From Polyangiales bacterium (GTDB taxonomy: Bacteria; Myxococcota_A; Polyangia; Polyangiales; Polyangiaceae): a DNA stretch of 64,000 bases. A program made the translations under genes and the position numbers. Of the stretch, positions 49,686-61,844 are shown piece by piece. The stretch covers positions 81,685-145,684 of the forward strand of contig JBBRLQ010000020.1 in assembly GCA_038231275.1 (NCBI GenBank). The letters are read 5' to 3'. The notes beneath the pieces were generated by a model, which searched no databases, was not told the DNA's origin, and saw only the letters and a program-made list of their open reading frames with translations. Within the stretch, counting starts at the first letter, position 1, and every line of letters starts with the position of its first letter.

Positions 49686-49806
49686 TGAGACGAGGGCATC
49701 TCTACTTCGAAGTCCCCGCTGTGTCTCGTGTTTTTTACGGCGTTCGCCGAAAACGGCGGAGATTCGGAGGGATCGGCGCGGCACGCAGGACGAGAATGGG
49801 CGGCCA

Positions 49807-52800
49807 TCAGCCCTTCACGCCGAGGCGCTTCATCATCTTCTGGAGGCCGAAGCGCGAGATGCCGAGCATCTCGGCGGCGCGCGTCTGGTTGCCCGCGGTC
49901 TTCGCGACGGCGTCGCGGACGAGATCGGCCTCGAGGGCGTCGACACGCGAGCGGAGATCGGTGCCGCGACCGCGGGAGGCGCCGATGGCGGAGCGCCCGA
50001 CATCGGGAGAGAGATCGGCGACGTCGATCGAGCCCTCTGCGAGGACGACCGCGCGGCGGATTTCGTTCTCGAGCTGGCGGACGTTGCCGGGCCACGGAAA
50101 GCGGACGAGGCGATCGAGGGCGGCGCGCGTGACCTTCACGTCGCGGCCGGGGGCGTGGCGCGCGAGGACGTGGGTGACGAGGAGCGGGATGTCCTCGGGG
50201 CGCTCGCGCAGCGGCGGTACGCGGAGCTCGACGACGGCGAGCCGGTAGAAGAGATCCTCGCGGAAGGTGCCCGCCTTCACCATCGCGCCGAGATCGCGGT
50301 GCGTGGCGGCGTCGACACGGACGTCCACGTGGCGCGAGCGCTCGCCTCCGACCGCGCGGACCTCTCCGTCCTGAAGGACGCGCAGGAGCTTGGTCTGCAT
50401 CGCGGGGGACATCTCGCCGATCTCGTCGAGGAAGAGCGTGCCGCCGTCGGCCGCGTCGAAGAGGCCGGCGCGCGTAGACGAGGCGCCCGTGAACGCTCCC
50501 TTGACATGCCCGAAGAGCGTCGACTCGAGGAGCGGCTCGGGGACGGCCGCACAGTTTTCGCTGACGAAGGCGCGACGACCGCGGGCGCCGTTGGCGTGAA
50601 GCGCGCGCGCGACGAGCTCCTTGCCGGTGCCGCTCTCGCCGACGAGGAGCACCGGCACGTCGCTGGCGGTCACGCGATCGGCGAGGCGGAGGAGCTCGCG
50701 CATCGGTGCGCTTCGTCCGACGATGGCGTCGTAGGGGAAGCGTGTCGCGTCGCCGCGCGCGGACACGAGCTCGGCGCGCGTGGCGTCGAGCTCGGCGTCG
50801 CGCTGGGCGAGCATGCGCGTGACCTCGGCGCGTGCGCGGGCCTCTCGGCGAACGGCGCGCTTCAAGAGGACCTGGTCGCGCGCGTCGGCCAGGGCGATGG
50901 CGGCCTGGCTCGCGACGAGGCGAACCCAGGCGAGCTCGCGCGGCCCGAAGGCTCCGCGACGCGCGCGATCGTCGAGGTACACGACGCCGAGTGTCTCGCC
51001 GCGCGCGACGAGCGGAACCGCGAGGACGCTGCGCAAACGGAGCGCGTGGACCGACGCGTGGAGATCGCCGATCTGCGCGTAGGCGTCGGTCGCGACGACG
51101 GCGTCGCCCGTTTCCATGGCGCGGCGCGCGATGCCTTGCGAGAGCGCGAGCTGCTCGCCGACGAGATCACGGCGGGCGAGGTTACGGGCGGCGCGCGGGA
51201 CGAGGCGACCGTCGGGCGCGCGCAAGAGGAGGAGGCCGCGCTCTACGCCGGTCCACAGCACCATCGTGTCGAGCACCTGCTCGAGGAGCGGACGAAGGCG
51301 ATCGCGGGACGCGAGGGCGCGGACGATCGCATCGAGCTGGGCGATCTGGCCGGGCAGGAGCTCGGTCTCTCCTTCCATCGTGCCGACGCGCGCCCACGGG
51401 ACCTGCGCGAGGGACGAGGCGAGCTCGGCGGGCGTGCCGTCGCGCAGCGTGCGGGCCGCGACTTGACGGAGGACCTCGAAGCGGCGGGCGGCGTCGCCGT
51501 CGGCGCGCGACTCGGCGAGTCGAACGGCCGCGTCGAGGGCGGGGCCGCGTGAGCCGAGCGGCGCCGCGATCGGGAGGAGCGCGCGAAGCGCGGCGAGGAC
51601 CTCTGCGCCTCCGTTCGGATGCGTCCCCGCGTGGATCGCCGCGGCGCGCGCGCCCCACCATTCCCAGCTCGCCGAAGGGCCTACGCGCGTCGCGTCGCCG
51701 TCGCCCGCGCGGACGCGATCCTCGGCGATGGCGTCGGGCGCCCACACGAGCAAGCGCGCCGCCGCGCGGAGGCGATCCTCGTCTTCCGCCTCGGCGAGCT
51801 CGCGATCGGCGGCGATCGCTTCTTCGCGCGCGCGCGAATCCCCCGCGGGACGCGATTCGACGACGGCCCACCGCGCGTACGCGTGCGCGCGCATGTCGCG
51901 CGTGAGGATGGCGAGGCGCTGCGCTTCCCGCGCGGCCTCCTCCGCCGCGTGCGTGGCCCCGACCGCCGCGAGCGCGCTCGCCCGTGACAACCATGCGCGC
52001 GCGACGAATCCCGGTCGACCTAGGCGCTCCCACAGGAGCGCGGCGCGCGTCGCGCTCGCCAGCGCGCGGTCCATGCGCCCCGCGTCGGCAGCGGCGGCGG
52101 CCTCACCGGTCGCGTACGTCGCCTCCTCGATGACCGCGCCCGCGTGCGTCGCGAGCTCCACTGCGCGCCCGTAGGCGCCGAGGCTGGCGGCCGCGTCTCC
52201 GCGCGCGTGGTGGAGCATCCCCAATGTCGCCTCGAGGCGCGCGCGCTCGGCCGGCTCGCGCGCCTCCGCCAGCGCGCCTTCGACGACGCGAAGGCCCACG
52301 TCGTAGGCGCCGCGACGGTACGCCACGAGACCGCGCACCTCGGCGGCGGCCGCGCCACGCGTGGATTCCGCGAGGATTTGTGCCCGATCCGTGTCGCCTC
52401 GGTCCCACGCCACGCGCGCAGCGAGCGCCGTCGCGCCGGCGCGTTCGGCGCGCTCCGCCGCGTCGTCGAGATCTCCGCGACGACGCGCGAGCTCGGCCTG
52501 AAGCGCCACCGCGTCGTCACCGACCTGCCGCGCGACCGCCGCCCACGCGCGCCCGATGTCCCCGCGCCGCATGAGCGCGCGCGTGACCTCGAGGACGATC
52601 GTAGGCGGCGCGCGACCCTCCGCGACGGCGTCCTCGGCGAGCGCGATCGCGGCGGCGTCGGGCAGTGGACGCACGAGCTCGCGCGCCAGCCACGCCCACC
52701 TGTCGTCGCCTTCGGGCGGCGCGCGACGGGGAGCCGAGGCTCCATTGCCCTCGACGTCGTCGCGCGTCCACGCTGCCAGCGGGACGTGGCGCGCGAGCTC

Positions 52801-53838
52801 GACCAGACGCGCCGCGAAGGTCCCCTCGTCCTCCGCCGACATGACGGGCCACGTCGCCGCGCTCGGCCCCACGAGCGCCACGACCCAGCGCGCGCGCCCG
52901 ACCGCGCCGAGCGGCGCGATCGGCCCTGTCCCGCCGCGCCCGAGCTTCGCTTGCCACGCGCACGCCTCGTCGATCCACGCGCGAACCGGCTCTCCGATCG
53001 CCGCCGCCGCGCGCGCCCCGTCGCGGATCTCGTGCGCGCGCAGGCCGAGGTACGCGCGCTTCACGACGGCGACGCGCGCACGCGCTTCTTCTTCGTCGTC
53101 GACGACGAGCCCCAGGACGCGGGCCGCCCGATCCGCCGCCCACGCCGCGCTCGGCCGCGCGCCGGGAGCTCGCGCGGTCATCGCCTCGGCCCACAGCGCC
53201 GGCTCACCGCCCGCGCCCGCGAGGATCTCTTCGAGCACGACACCGAGCGCATGGATGTCCGACGCCAGTCCCACCTCACCATCCTCGCGTGTCTCGGGCG
53301 CCAGGTACCGTGGGGTGGCGCCGCGCAGCCCTTCGCCGACGCCAGCGGACGCGCTCAAATCGATGAGCGTCGCGCCGCGCTCCTCCGGCACGTCGTGCGA
53401 GGGCGCGCGCTCTCGCGGCGCGAGGACGATGTTCCCCGGCTTGACGTCCCCGTGTCGAACCCCCGCCGCGTGCAGCTCGGCGAGCCCGCGTCCCACGCCG
53501 TGCGCGACGATCGCCGCCAGCCTCCGGCGCTCCTCGGCCGTTCCTCCACACCGCCCCTCCAACACGCTGCCCGGCGACCATGCGAGCGCCACGAAGATCG
53601 CGCCCGCGACCACACCGGCATCGAGCGCTTCGGGCCCCCAGCGCCGCCCGACGCGCGCCACGAGCTCCGCCTCGTGCAGGGCGAGCGCGCCGTCCTTCCC
53701 CACCTTGATCGCCGCCTCGCGACCGTCCGCCCGTCGCGCGTGAAGGACGGACGCGGCCGCCCCTTCGCCCGCCTTCTCGACGATCGCCCAGCCGAGCCCT
53801 GCCAACGCAGTTGCCGTGGGGTCGATCGGACTCTTCAC
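49807..53838 (-). CDS. Ser/Thr kinase-like + TPR + GAF + sigma54 enhancer-binding AAA+ + Fis HTH fusion
   Basis: [71 protein letters not shown]. Confidence 0.9.
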   Translation of the reverse strand: MKSPIDPTATALAGLGWAIVEKAGEGAAASVLHARRADGREAAIKVGKDGALALHEAELVARVGRRWGPEALDAGVVAGAIFVALAWSPGSVLEGRCGGTAEERRRLAAIVAHGVGRGLAELHAAGVRHGDVKPGNIVLAPRERAPSHDVPEERGATLIDLSASAGVGEGLRGATPRYLAPETREDGEVGLASDIHALGVVLEEILAGAGGEPALWAEAMTARAPGARPSAAWAADRAARVLGLVVDDEEEARARVAVVKRAYLGLRAHEIRDGARAAAAIGEPVRAWIDEACAWQAKLGRGGTGPIAPLGAVGRARWVVALVGPSAATWPVMSAEDEGTFAARLVELARHVPLAAWTRDDVEGNGASAPRRAPPEGDDRWAWLARELVRPLPDAAAIALAEDAVAEGRAPPTIVLEVTRALMRRGDIGRAWAAVARQVGDDAVALQAELARRRGDLDDAAERAERAGATALAARVAWDRGDTDRAQILAESTRGAAAAEVRGLVAYRRGAYDVGLRVVEGALAEAREPAERARLEATLGMLHHARGDAAASLGAYGRAVELATHAGAVIEEATYATGEAAAAADAGRMDRALASATRAALLWERLGRPGFVARAWLSRASALAAVGATHAAEEAAREAQRLAILTRDMRAHAYARWAVVESRPAGDSRAREEAIAADRELAEAEDEDRLRAAARLLVWAPDAIAEDRVRAGDGDATRVGPSASWEWWGARAAAIHAGTHPNGGAEVLAALRALLPIAAPLGSRGPALDAAVRLAESRADGDAARRFEVLRQVAARTLRDGTPAELASSLAQVPWARVGTMEGETELLPGQIAQLDAIVRALASRDRLRPLLEQVLDTMVLWTGVERGLLLLRAPDGRLVPRAARNLARRDLVGEQLALSQGIARRAMETGDAVVATDAYAQIGDLHASVHALRLRSVLAVPLVARGETLGVVYLDDRARRGAFGPRELAWVRLVASQAAIALADARDQVLLKRAVRREARARAEVTRMLAQRDAELDATRAELVSARGDATRFPYDAIVGRSAPMRELLRLADRVTASDVPVLLVGESGTGKELVARALHANGARGRRAFVSENCAAVPEPLLESTLFGHVKGAFTGASSTRAGLFDAADGGTLFLDEIGEMSPAMQTKLLRVLQDGEVRAVGGERSRHVDVRVDAATHRDLGAMVKAGTFREDLFYRLAVVELRVPPLRERPEDIPLLVTHVLARHAPGRDVKVTRAALDRLVRFPWPGNVRQLENEIRRAVVLAEGSIDVADLSPDVGRSAIGASRGRGTDLRSRVDALEADLVRDAVAKTAGNQTRAAEMLGISRFGLQKMMKRLGVKG

Positions 53839-53874
53839 CCCATAAAATGAGGCGATTTTGACCCGAGTGTCAAC

Positions 53875-55005
53875 TCAGTTGCCGCAGCTCATGCCCACGT
53901 CGACGATGTCCGTTCCGGTCAGGACCATCACCGAGGCCGAGCCGTCGGACTTCATGACCTTGAGCTCGTGCACGCTGCCGGTGTTTCCCGGCCTTCCGAG
54001 CCAAAGCGACGCGACGCGTCCGTCGGGCAGGACGCACGGTGAGTTGTCGTCGGTCTCGGTCGGCGGCGAGAGCTTCACGGGCGACTTGGTGCCGCGCGCG
54101 ACCTTCCAGATTTGCTCGGACGGCCAGTCGGCCTCGAAGACGAAATCCCCCTGCGGCGTGTAGTCCGGGTGGTGGAGGGCGTGCGTGTCCGCATGGTCGG
54201 GCCCGTCGCTCGGCGCGAGGACCACCTGGAAGCCGGTGCCGTCGGTCCGCACTTCGCACATCGAGGTCGGTGGCTGCGCGTACAGATCGGCGCCGCAATC
54301 GAAGACCGCGCGCGTGCCGTCGGCGGCGATGCTCACGTCGTGGTGGAACGCGAACGACGAGTCGGCGGTGAGGAGCACCGGAGCGCCCCACGCGGAGCCC
54401 GTCTTCTTGATCGCGTAGAGATCGACCGAGTGCGGGCCGCCCTTCGCGGGGTACACGATGACGCCGCCGCCCGCGGAGACGGCGGGCCGCGCATCGGCGA
54501 GTTGGAGCGACGCGCCGGACGGCTTGATCTCACTTCCCGCGGTGACGAGTCCGGTGAACAGCGAGAGGCAGCTCCCGTTCCCGCATCCGAAGCGCGTGCC
54601 GCTCGTCACGAGCCAGTCGCCGTCCTTCGACGATCCGACGTAGTTGTCGGTGCCCGGTGAGATGCCGTTCATGATGCTCGACGCGTCGTCCACCGCGCCG
54701 CCGACCTTCGCCGTCACGCGGTGCCACGTGCCGTCCGGCATCCGCAGCGTCACGCGCCCATCACCGCGCGGCAGGGGAGCGTCGAATACGGCGTCGGACC
54801 CGGCGTCGAGGAGCGCGCCGTCCGGACCATCGAGCGGGCCGTCGGTGTGACCGCCTTCACCGCTGGATCCGCTCGACCCGCTGGATCCGCTCGACCCGCC
54901 GTCCCCCGTGCCGCCCACGGGCGCGTCCGCGCTCGACCCACACGCCGCGAGCGCGACGAGGGCAGAGACGGGCGCCGCCGCGCTGAGCAGCCGAAGGACT
55001 CGCAC
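53875..55005 (-). CDS. TolB-like beta-propeller lipoprotein
   Basis: GTG 55005; lipobox LAAC; GSS linker; PAVSAGG, SIAADG, PDYTPQG repeats. Confidence 0.7.
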   Translation of the reverse strand: MRVLRLLSAAAPVSALVALAACGSSADAPVGGTGDGGSSGSSGSSGSSGEGGHTDGPLDGPDGALLDAGSDAVFDAPLPRGDGRVTLRMPDGTWHRVTAKVGGAVDDASSIMNGISPGTDNYVGSSKDGDWLVTSGTRFGCGNGSCLSLFTGLVTAGSEIKPSGASLQLADARPAVSAGGGVIVYPAKGGPHSVDLYAIKKTGSAWGAPVLLTADSSFAFHHDVSIAADGTRAVFDCGADLYAQPPTSMCEVRTDGTGFQVVLAPSDGPDHADTHALHHPDYTPQGDFVFEADWPSEQIWKVARGTKSPVKLSPPTETDDNSPCVLPDGRVASLWLGRPGNTGSVHELKVMKSDGSASVMVLTGTDIVDVGMSCGN

Positions 55006-55007
55006 CT

Positions 55008-55199
55008 CTAGAACCGAATTCCGTTCTCGGCGCGGTGCTTCCACCAGCGGTAGGCGAGCAGCACCGTGGGCACCGCCGCGACGACCGCCGCCACTGGAGG
55101 CGCCAGCACTCCGAGCGCGACGGTCCCGGCCACAGCCGCCCCCGCGACGAAGCCCTTCCGCTGCGACTCCGCGACGATTTCCTTGCGCGTCTTGCTCAT
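55008..55199 (-). CDS. Small membrane protein (63 aa)
   Basis: GAAGG RBS-like; two hydrophobic segments; stop abuts next gene. Confidence 0.65.
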   Translation of the reverse strand: MSKTRKEIVAESQRKGFVAGAAVAGTVALGVLAPPVAAVVAAVPTVLLAYRWWKHRAENGIRF

Positions 55200-55281
55200 G
55201 GTGCCTTCCTACAAGGTGCACACCTCCCGCGCGCGGCGCAAGGTGACGCTCGAATTTCAGCGGTTACGAGGTGCAGCACCC

Positions 55282-55998
55282 TCACTGCGCGAGGGCCCGC
55301 AGCTTCTCTTCGTCGATCGCTACGGCGAAGTCCCACCCGACGCAACGCGTACCAGGCAGCTCTGCCGCCAGCTTCTCCGTGAACTTTCGGAACGCGTCCT
55401 CGATGCTCTGCCCTTGGTACGCCATACCGATGACGCCGACCGACTCCCTCGTACGAACCGAGTAGAGCGACGCCGAGATCTCGAACACATTGCGATCGAT
55501 GCGCCGCGCGGCCGAAGGCGACGACGGCGTGCCGCTACGCCCGCGCTGTCCTGTCGCGAAACGATTGGACGAGGGCGGCGCTCGCCCGACCGCGCCCGCG
55601 GGGATCGGTTGTGGCGGCCGGCCCGCGATCGTGAAGAGGACGATCAGGTCCGACTTGGCCATCGGCGCGAACTCCGCGAGGATCTCGTCGGTGACGCCGC
55701 TCGCGCGCGTCGTGTCGTCGAGCGTGGCGACGAGACTCGGCGACGCCTCGACGAGGCGCGGGCCAATCGCGATCTCGCAGGAGCTGCCGCCGAGCGGCGC
55801 CGAGAAGCGAGCACCGAGCGCGTCCCAGGACTCGGGGTTCATGCGCCCGTCCTTGAAGATCCCGAAGACGCTCACCGTGCGCGGCGGCGCGTAGGTCGGC
55901 GCGTAGCGAACGTCGAAGGACGTGTCTCCGCCGCACGCGACGAGCGCAGCCGACGCGATCAGCACGGTTCGCACGATCCCTACGAGTGGACGCCGCAT
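55282..55998 (-). CDS. Lipoprotein, unknown function
   Basis: Lipobox LVAC; ATG 55998. Confidence 0.65.
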   Translation of the reverse strand: MRRPLVGIVRTVLIASAALVACGGDTSFDVRYAPTYAPPRTVSVFGIFKDGRMNPESWDALGARFSAPLGGSSCEIAIGPRLVEASPSLVATLDDTTRASGVTDEILAEFAPMAKSDLIVLFTIAGRPPQPIPAGAVGRAPPSSNRFATGQRGRSGTPSSPSAARRIDRNVFEISASLYSVRTRESVGVIGMAYQGQSIEDAFRKFTEKLAAELPGTRCVGWDFAVAIDEEKLRALAQ

Positions 55999-56101
55999 CG
56001 GTCGGGCATCCTCACAAATCGAAGGGCCGCCGACAAGCGCAAGGAATGCGGAACGGAATGCTTTGACGAAGCATCCCGCCCGGCGTGATGCTCCAGGGGT
56101 C

Positions 56102-57895
56102 GTGCGCAGAAGGATCGAATCGCTTCTCGCCCTTCCGCGCAAGCTGACGACACAAACGTTCCCGATCGCGACGGCGCTGCGCCGCACGTTCGCGGCGGGC
56201 TACGGCGTGAAGGAGGCGCGCGCGGATCTGATGGCGGGCATCGTCGTCGGCGTCGTCGCGCTGCCGCTCTCGATGGCCCTCGCGATCGCCGTCGGGGCAC
56301 CGCCACAGCACGGGCTCTACACCGCGGTCGTGGCCGGCGCGGCGATCGCGTTGACCGGCGGGTCGAAGTTCCAGATCGCCGGTCCCACCGCGGCGTTCAT
56401 CGTCATCCTCGAGCCGATCGTCCGGCAGTTCGGCCTGAGCGGGCTCCTCACCGCCGGACTCATGGCCGGGGGGCTCCTCGTCGCGATGGGCGTCGCGCGC
56501 CTCGGTCAGCTCATTCAATTCATTCCCCACCCGGTGACGACGGGATTCACCGGCGGCATCGCCGTCGTCATCGCGACGCTGCAGGTCCGTGACGCGCTCG
56601 GCCTCCAGATCGCCGAGATGCCGGAGAGCTACGTCGGAAAGCTGACCGCCCTAGTGAAGGCGCGCGGCACGGCGTCGCTCGCGGAGGTCGGGATCACGGC
56701 GCTCACGCTCGCGCTCCTTCTCGGCCTTCCGAAGGTGATCAAGCGTGTTCCGGCGCCGCTCATCGCGCTCGCTGTGGCGAGCGCCGTCGCGGTCGGGTTG
56801 GCACACCTGTTCCCTTCGTTTCACGTCGCGACGATCGGCTCCAAGTTCCACACCACCGTCGGCGACACGGTGTACGCGGGCATCCCTCCGCTTCCACCGC
56901 GCCCGATCGTGCCGTGGGGCCAAGGGCACTTCACCCTCGCGATGGCGCGTGAGCTCTTCCCCGCCGCGTTGACGATCGCGATACTCGGCGCCATCGAGTC
57001 GCTCCTCTCCGCCGTCATCGCCGACGGCATGACCGGCAAGCGCCACGACCCCAACGCCGAGCTCGTCGGCCAGGGCATCGGCAACATCCTCGCGCCGTTC
57101 TTCGGGGGCATCGCCGCCACCGGCGCCCTCGCGCGCACCGCGACGAACATCCGCGCGGGGGCGAAGTCGCCGTTCTCCGCGGTCGTTCACTCGGCGGTCG
57201 TGCTCCTATCGATCGTCTTCCTCGCGCCGCTCGTGGCGTACGTGCCGATGGCGTCGCTCGCCGGACTCCTCCTCCTCGTCGCCTGGAACATGTCGGAGCG
57301 CCGCCATTTCAAGCACATCTTGCAAGTTGCGCCGAAGAGCGACGTCACGGTGCTCCTGACCTGCTTCTTCCTCACGGTGTTCTTCGACATGGTGAAGGCG
57401 GTGGGGGTCGGCGTGGTCCTCGCGGCGCTCCTCTTCATGAAGCGGATGGCCGAGCTCACACAAGGACGACTCGGCCTCGCGGGAGAGGGCGACGGCGACA
57501 CCGATCGGGATCTGCCTCAGGGCGTCGTGCGCTACGAGATCGCCGGTCCGCTGTTTTTTGGCGCTGCGCAGCACGCGATGGGGCAAATCGAGCGTCTGCG
57601 CCCCGACGTGCGCATCGTCCTCCTCGACCTGTCGCGCGTGCCCGCGATCGACGCGACGGGCCTCGTCGCGCTCGAGAGCGCGTGCGACGCGCTCTACAAA
57701 GCGAAGCGACGCGTCATCATTTGCGGCCCGCTGCCCGAGCCGCGCCGGGTCTTCGACAAGGCGGAGCTGTCGCAGGCGTACCTCGCGGCGGGCATCGACG
57801 AAGGGAGGACGCTCGCACGCGATCTCATGCAAGCCGCGGCCGATGACGCGCCGCCGTCCCGCTCGCAGATCCCCCCGCCTCCGAGCGCGGCCTGA
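56102..57895 (+). CDS. dauA: SulP/SLC26 family transporter (DauA-like) with STAS domain
   Basis: DLMAGIVVGVVALPLSMALAI, GPTAAF, GAIESLLSA, ATGALART, GPLFFGAA, IDATG. Confidence 0.85.
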   Translation: MRRRIESLLALPRKLTTQTFPIATALRRTFAAGYGVKEARADLMAGIVVGVVALPLSMALAIAVGAPPQHGLYTAVVAGAAIALTGGSKFQIAGPTAAFIVILEPIVRQFGLSGLLTAGLMAGGLLVAMGVARLGQLIQFIPHPVTTGFTGGIAVVIATLQVRDALGLQIAEMPESYVGKLTALVKARGTASLAEVGITALTLALLLGLPKVIKRVPAPLIALAVASAVAVGLAHLFPSFHVATIGSKFHTTVGDTVYAGIPPLPPRPIVPWGQGHFTLAMARELFPAALTIAILGAIESLLSAVIADGMTGKRHDPNAELVGQGIGNILAPFFGGIAATGALARTATNIRAGAKSPFSAVVHSAVVLLSIVFLAPLVAYVPMASLAGLLLLVAWNMSERRHFKHILQVAPKSDVTVLLTCFFLTVFFDMVKAVGVGVVLAALLFMKRMAELTQGRLGLAGEGDGDTDRDLPQGVVRYEIAGPLFFGAAQHAMGQIERLRPDVRIVLLDLSRVPAIDATGLVALESACDALYKAKRRVIICGPLPEPRRVFDKAELSQAYLAAGIDEGRTLARDLMQAAADDAPPSRSQIPPPPSAA

Positions 57896-57898
57896 GAA

Positions 57899-58729
<831 letters not shown>

Positions 58730-58843
58730 CGGCGCGGTTCGCGTCGTCCTCACGTTCGTGGTGCCGCTGGGCCTCAAGACGACGGCGCCGGCGCAGGCGC
58801 TGGGGCACGACACGTCGGCGAGCAGCTGACCGAGCCTCGTCGC

Positions 58844-60103
58844 CTAGAACCCGTTCAGCTCCGACCAGAACGGCGCCGGGCCGGCGAACGCCTCGTCGAG
58901 AAGCGCGGCCACGTCGGGATCGCCACCGATCACGCCGTCCATCCACATCGCGCGCGCGCGCGTGGCCCCGGCGTACACCTGCGAGAACGCGCCGATGGAC
59001 ATCGCGAGTCGCGCCTTGGCCTTGCGCGCGCGCACAGCGGTCGCTCCCGATGGACCGAACGTGAGATCGAAGCTTGCGGTCTGATCGGCGAAGACCGGAT
59101 CGCTCAAATCGACGCCGACGAGGCCGCGCGCGCCGCTCCTTGCCGGTCCCGGGTGCAGAGCGAGCGCGCGTCGGAGGTCGACGACGCGGAGCATGGCCCC
59201 CGCGAGGACCTGTCCGACGATCTGGTGACGCGCGCAATCGGCGGACTCGACGGCGTGCCCGCGACCGGTGAGCGCTGCGGGCCCCTCGCCGCGCGGAAAC
59301 GCGACGTGAATCCGCTCGAATTGCTCGCCGAGCGCGTGCAAAAACCCGTAGAGCGCGCTCCGGCCATCGGGGGTCGCGGCGACGAATTCCTTCACCATCA
59401 TGTCGGACGCGATCTGGTTCGGCTCGCCGCGGGTCTCGTAGAAGAGGTACCCGTCGATCGCGCCTCCGGCCGCGCCACGCCCACGGGACGGCCGCACGCA
59501 GACGACGCCGTCCTGGATTTTCCCGAACACGCGCGCGCGCCACCAGTTGGTGGTGCGGACGAGAGGCCCGGTCCGGCCCGCGCGCCATCGGTCGTAGCAA
59601 TCGGCGAGCGCCGGAAGATCCTTCTCGGGATCGAGCCTGCGCACGTGACGGCGCAGATCGCTCGGTCTCAGCTGCGTGGGGGGGACGACGAACATCTCCG
59701 GCCAGTCGACGCGCGCGTAGCCGAATTTTTCGTAGAACGGCGCGGAGAACGGGTAGAGCGCGCTCAGCGGCTCACGACGTTTGCGCATCCGCGCGAGGAG
59801 CCCTCGCATCAGGCGGTCCACCGCGCCGCGTCGACGGTGCTCGGGCGCGCACGCGACGACCGTGATCCCCGGGCACGACACCTCGGCCCCGGCGAGCATC
59901 ATGGTCATCTTCGCAGCGGTCGCCTGCGCGGCGAGGACACCGGCATCCTCCGCCACGAGCGTCTCCCCGTGAAGGACGTGCTCGCTCTTGGCGTAGTACG
60001 CCGCGACGTACTTCGGGTCCCCGAGGCGGAAGGCTCGGATGAAGCCCGCGGCGAGGGCTTCGGACTCTTTGGCGGGATCGGCTGTGCGGATCGTCAGCGA
60101 CAC
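58844..60103 (-). CDS. Eis-like GNAT acetyltransferase with SCP2-like C-terminus
   Basis: VACAPEHRRRG, SALYPFSAPFYEKFGY, MLRVVDL. Confidence 0.88.
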   Translation of the reverse strand: MSLTIRTADPAKESEALAAGFIRAFRLGDPKYVAAYYAKSEHVLHGETLVAEDAGVLAAQATAAKMTMMLAGAEVSCPGITVVACAPEHRRRGAVDRLMRGLLARMRKRREPLSALYPFSAPFYEKFGYARVDWPEMFVVPPTQLRPSDLRRHVRRLDPEKDLPALADCYDRWRAGRTGPLVRTTNWWRARVFGKIQDGVVCVRPSRGRGAAGGAIDGYLFYETRGEPNQIASDMMVKEFVAATPDGRSALYGFLHALGEQFERIHVAFPRGEGPAALTGRGHAVESADCARHQIVGQVLAGAMLRVVDLRRALALHPGPARSGARGLVGVDLSDPVFADQTASFDLTFGPSGATAVRARKAKARLAMSIGAFSQVYAGATRARAMWMDGVIGGDPDVAALLDEAFAGPAPFWSELNGF

Positions 60104-60182
60104 GCGCGCGATGCTACCACCGCCATCACCGCCATCCCCTCCCCCACCTCGATCAAAATCGAGACGCGGAGGGACCGTCGGA

Positions 60183-60374
60183 TCAGGCCGAGCGCTCTTC
60201 GTACGCGAGGATGTGCTCCAGCGCGTCCGTCATCGCCAGGGCCAGCTGGCCCTCGGGCGCGTCCGCCTTCTGCGGCGTCGCGGCCTTCATCCGGCGACCG
60301 GAGGCGGGACGAGACACTCCGGAGGACGGGGTCTCTGCTTCTTGCGTGCGTCGTGCGGCGGCGAGGGTTCGCAT
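60183..60374 (-). CDS. Possible small protein (63 aa)
   Basis: ATG 60374 downstream of AT-rich promoter-like tract; fills an otherwise empty intergenic gap. Confidence 0.35.
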   Translation of the reverse strand: MRTLAAARRTQEAETPSSGVSRPASGRRMKAATPQKADAPEGQLALAMTDALEHILAYEERSA

Positions 60375-60641
60375 GTGATCCAATTTGTACAGATAGCCTT
60401 AACCGACAGGGCTTGGTGAACTTTTCGGCGACTTTCCGTACGTACGGACCGGAAGAAGCGGCACTTAAGGGCTGCGAGAGTGGAAGCATTAGCGCTTCTC
60501 AATCCAGGTGCCAGTCTCATCTTCACCGTTCTTCGTTCTCGCGCGCGTTGCGTGCGCGAGAACCGGCGTGGTCACCTCGGGTGCCACGTGGTCTACGCGA
60601 ATTCTTTGATCTGGAGCTTTTTGACAGACCAGTAACGCGCC

Positions 60642-61247
60642 ATGATCATGCGCATGGAAGCTCCCCATGATCGACGCGCCGTCGTTCGCCGCAAGGATCG
60701 CGCGGCGTACGACTGGCCCGCCATCTTCGGCATTCTCGACGAGGCCCTCCTCTGCCACGTCGGATTCACCGTCGACGGGCAGGTCTTCGTCCTCCCAATG
60801 GCGTTCGCGCGCGTCGGCGAGACGCTCTACTTGCATGGCGGCGCGGCCAGCCGGATGCTCAAGGTCCTCCGCCACGGTGTACCCGTATGTGTGACGGTCA
60901 CCCTCCTCGACGGGCTCGTCCTGGCCCGTACCGCGTTCCACCACTCGATGAACTACCGGAGCGTCGTGGCGTTCGGCACCGCGCGTGAAGCCGAGGGAGA
61001 GGAGAAGGATCGTGCGCTGACGGTGCTGGTCGATCGCATGGACCGCGACCGTTCGAACGTGGTGCGCGCCCCGAACGCGCGTGAGCTCGCCCTCACGCGC
61101 GTCCTCGCGGTGCCCATCGAGGAGGCGTCGGCGAAGTCTCGGACCGGCGGCCCGATCGACGACGCGGCGGACTTGGCGCTCGACGTCTGGGCCGGCGTCA
61201 TCCCGCTCTGCACCGTCGCGATGGAGCGCGTGCGCGACGGCGGCTAG
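60642..61247 (+). CDS. Pyridoxamine 5'-phosphate oxidase-like FMN-binding protein (NimA-like)
   Basis: LCHVGF, LYLHG, DGLVLARTAFHHSMNYRSVV, SAKSRTG, WAGVIPL; start may be 60654. Confidence 0.9.
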   Translation: MIMRMEAPHDRRAVVRRKDRAAYDWPAIFGILDEALLCHVGFTVDGQVFVLPMAFARVGETLYLHGGAASRMLKVLRHGVPVCVTVTLLDGLVLARTAFHHSMNYRSVVAFGTAREAEGEEKDRALTVLVDRMDRDRSNVVRAPNARELALTRVLAVPIEEASAKSRTGGPIDDAADLALDVWAGVIPLCTVAMERVRDGG

Positions 61248-61259
61248 ACTGGCGCTGCG

Positions 61260-61682
61260 ATGCTCGATCCGCTCGTCGTCACCGCCAACGTCACCATCCC
61301 GGCGCGCGATCTGTCGTGGCTCGCCGTGCGCGCGTCGGGGCCGGGAGGGCAGAACGTTAACAAGGTGTCGACGAAGGTCGCGCTCACGTTCGATCTCGCG
61401 GGGACGGCCGCGCTCGAGCCGGCGACGAAGGCGCGCTTGGCGGAGGCGTTTCCGTCGTACGTGGACGGGCGCGGGCAGCTCACGGTGACGAGCCAGGCGA
61501 CGCGCGAGCAGCCGAGGAACCTCGAAGACGCGCGAAGCAAGCTGCGCGAGATGATCGCGCGCGCGCTCGTCGTGCCGAAGAAGCGCAAAAAGACTCGCCC
61601 CACGAAAGGCTCGCAGCGCCGCAGGCTCGAGGCGAAGCATCACCAGGGCGACAAGAAGCGCGATCGACGAACCGTCGAGTAG
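61260..61682 (+). CDS. arfB: Alternative ribosome rescue factor B (peptidyl-tRNA hydrolase)
   Basis: RASGPGGQNVNKVSTKV, QPRN, basic tail KKRKKTRPTKGSQRRRLEAK. Confidence 0.95.
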   Translation: MLDPLVVTANVTIPARDLSWLAVRASGPGGQNVNKVSTKVALTFDLAGTAALEPATKARLAEAFPSYVDGRGQLTVTSQATREQPRNLEDARSKLREMIARALVVPKKRKKTRPTKGSQRRRLEAKHHQGDKKRDRRTVE

Positions 61683-61816
61683 ACGCCGCCGGACCCTGCT
61701 CGTTTCGCTCGTTTCGCTTGTGCACGCGCTGCGCCCGATGTCCGCGGTCGCGGGCGCTCGTGCAGCCGCTGCGCAGGCGCGCACGGGACGACGGGCACTT
61801 GTGAGCTCGGAATGCG

Positions 61817-61832
61817 CGGCAGACGCCTTGCA
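61817..61832 (+). promoter_or_regulatory. Sigma54-type -24/-12 promoter
   Basis: CGGCAGACGCCTTGCA (GG-N10-GC) upstream of ATG 61845. Confidence 0.55.
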
Positions 61833-61844
61833 CTTGGTCGGGGC

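Noticed and set aside
61260..61682. ArfB as the in-trans GGQ partner of the RF-like Clp ATPases
   Set aside because: About 43 kb away and a widespread housekeeping gene; no linkage evidence in this window
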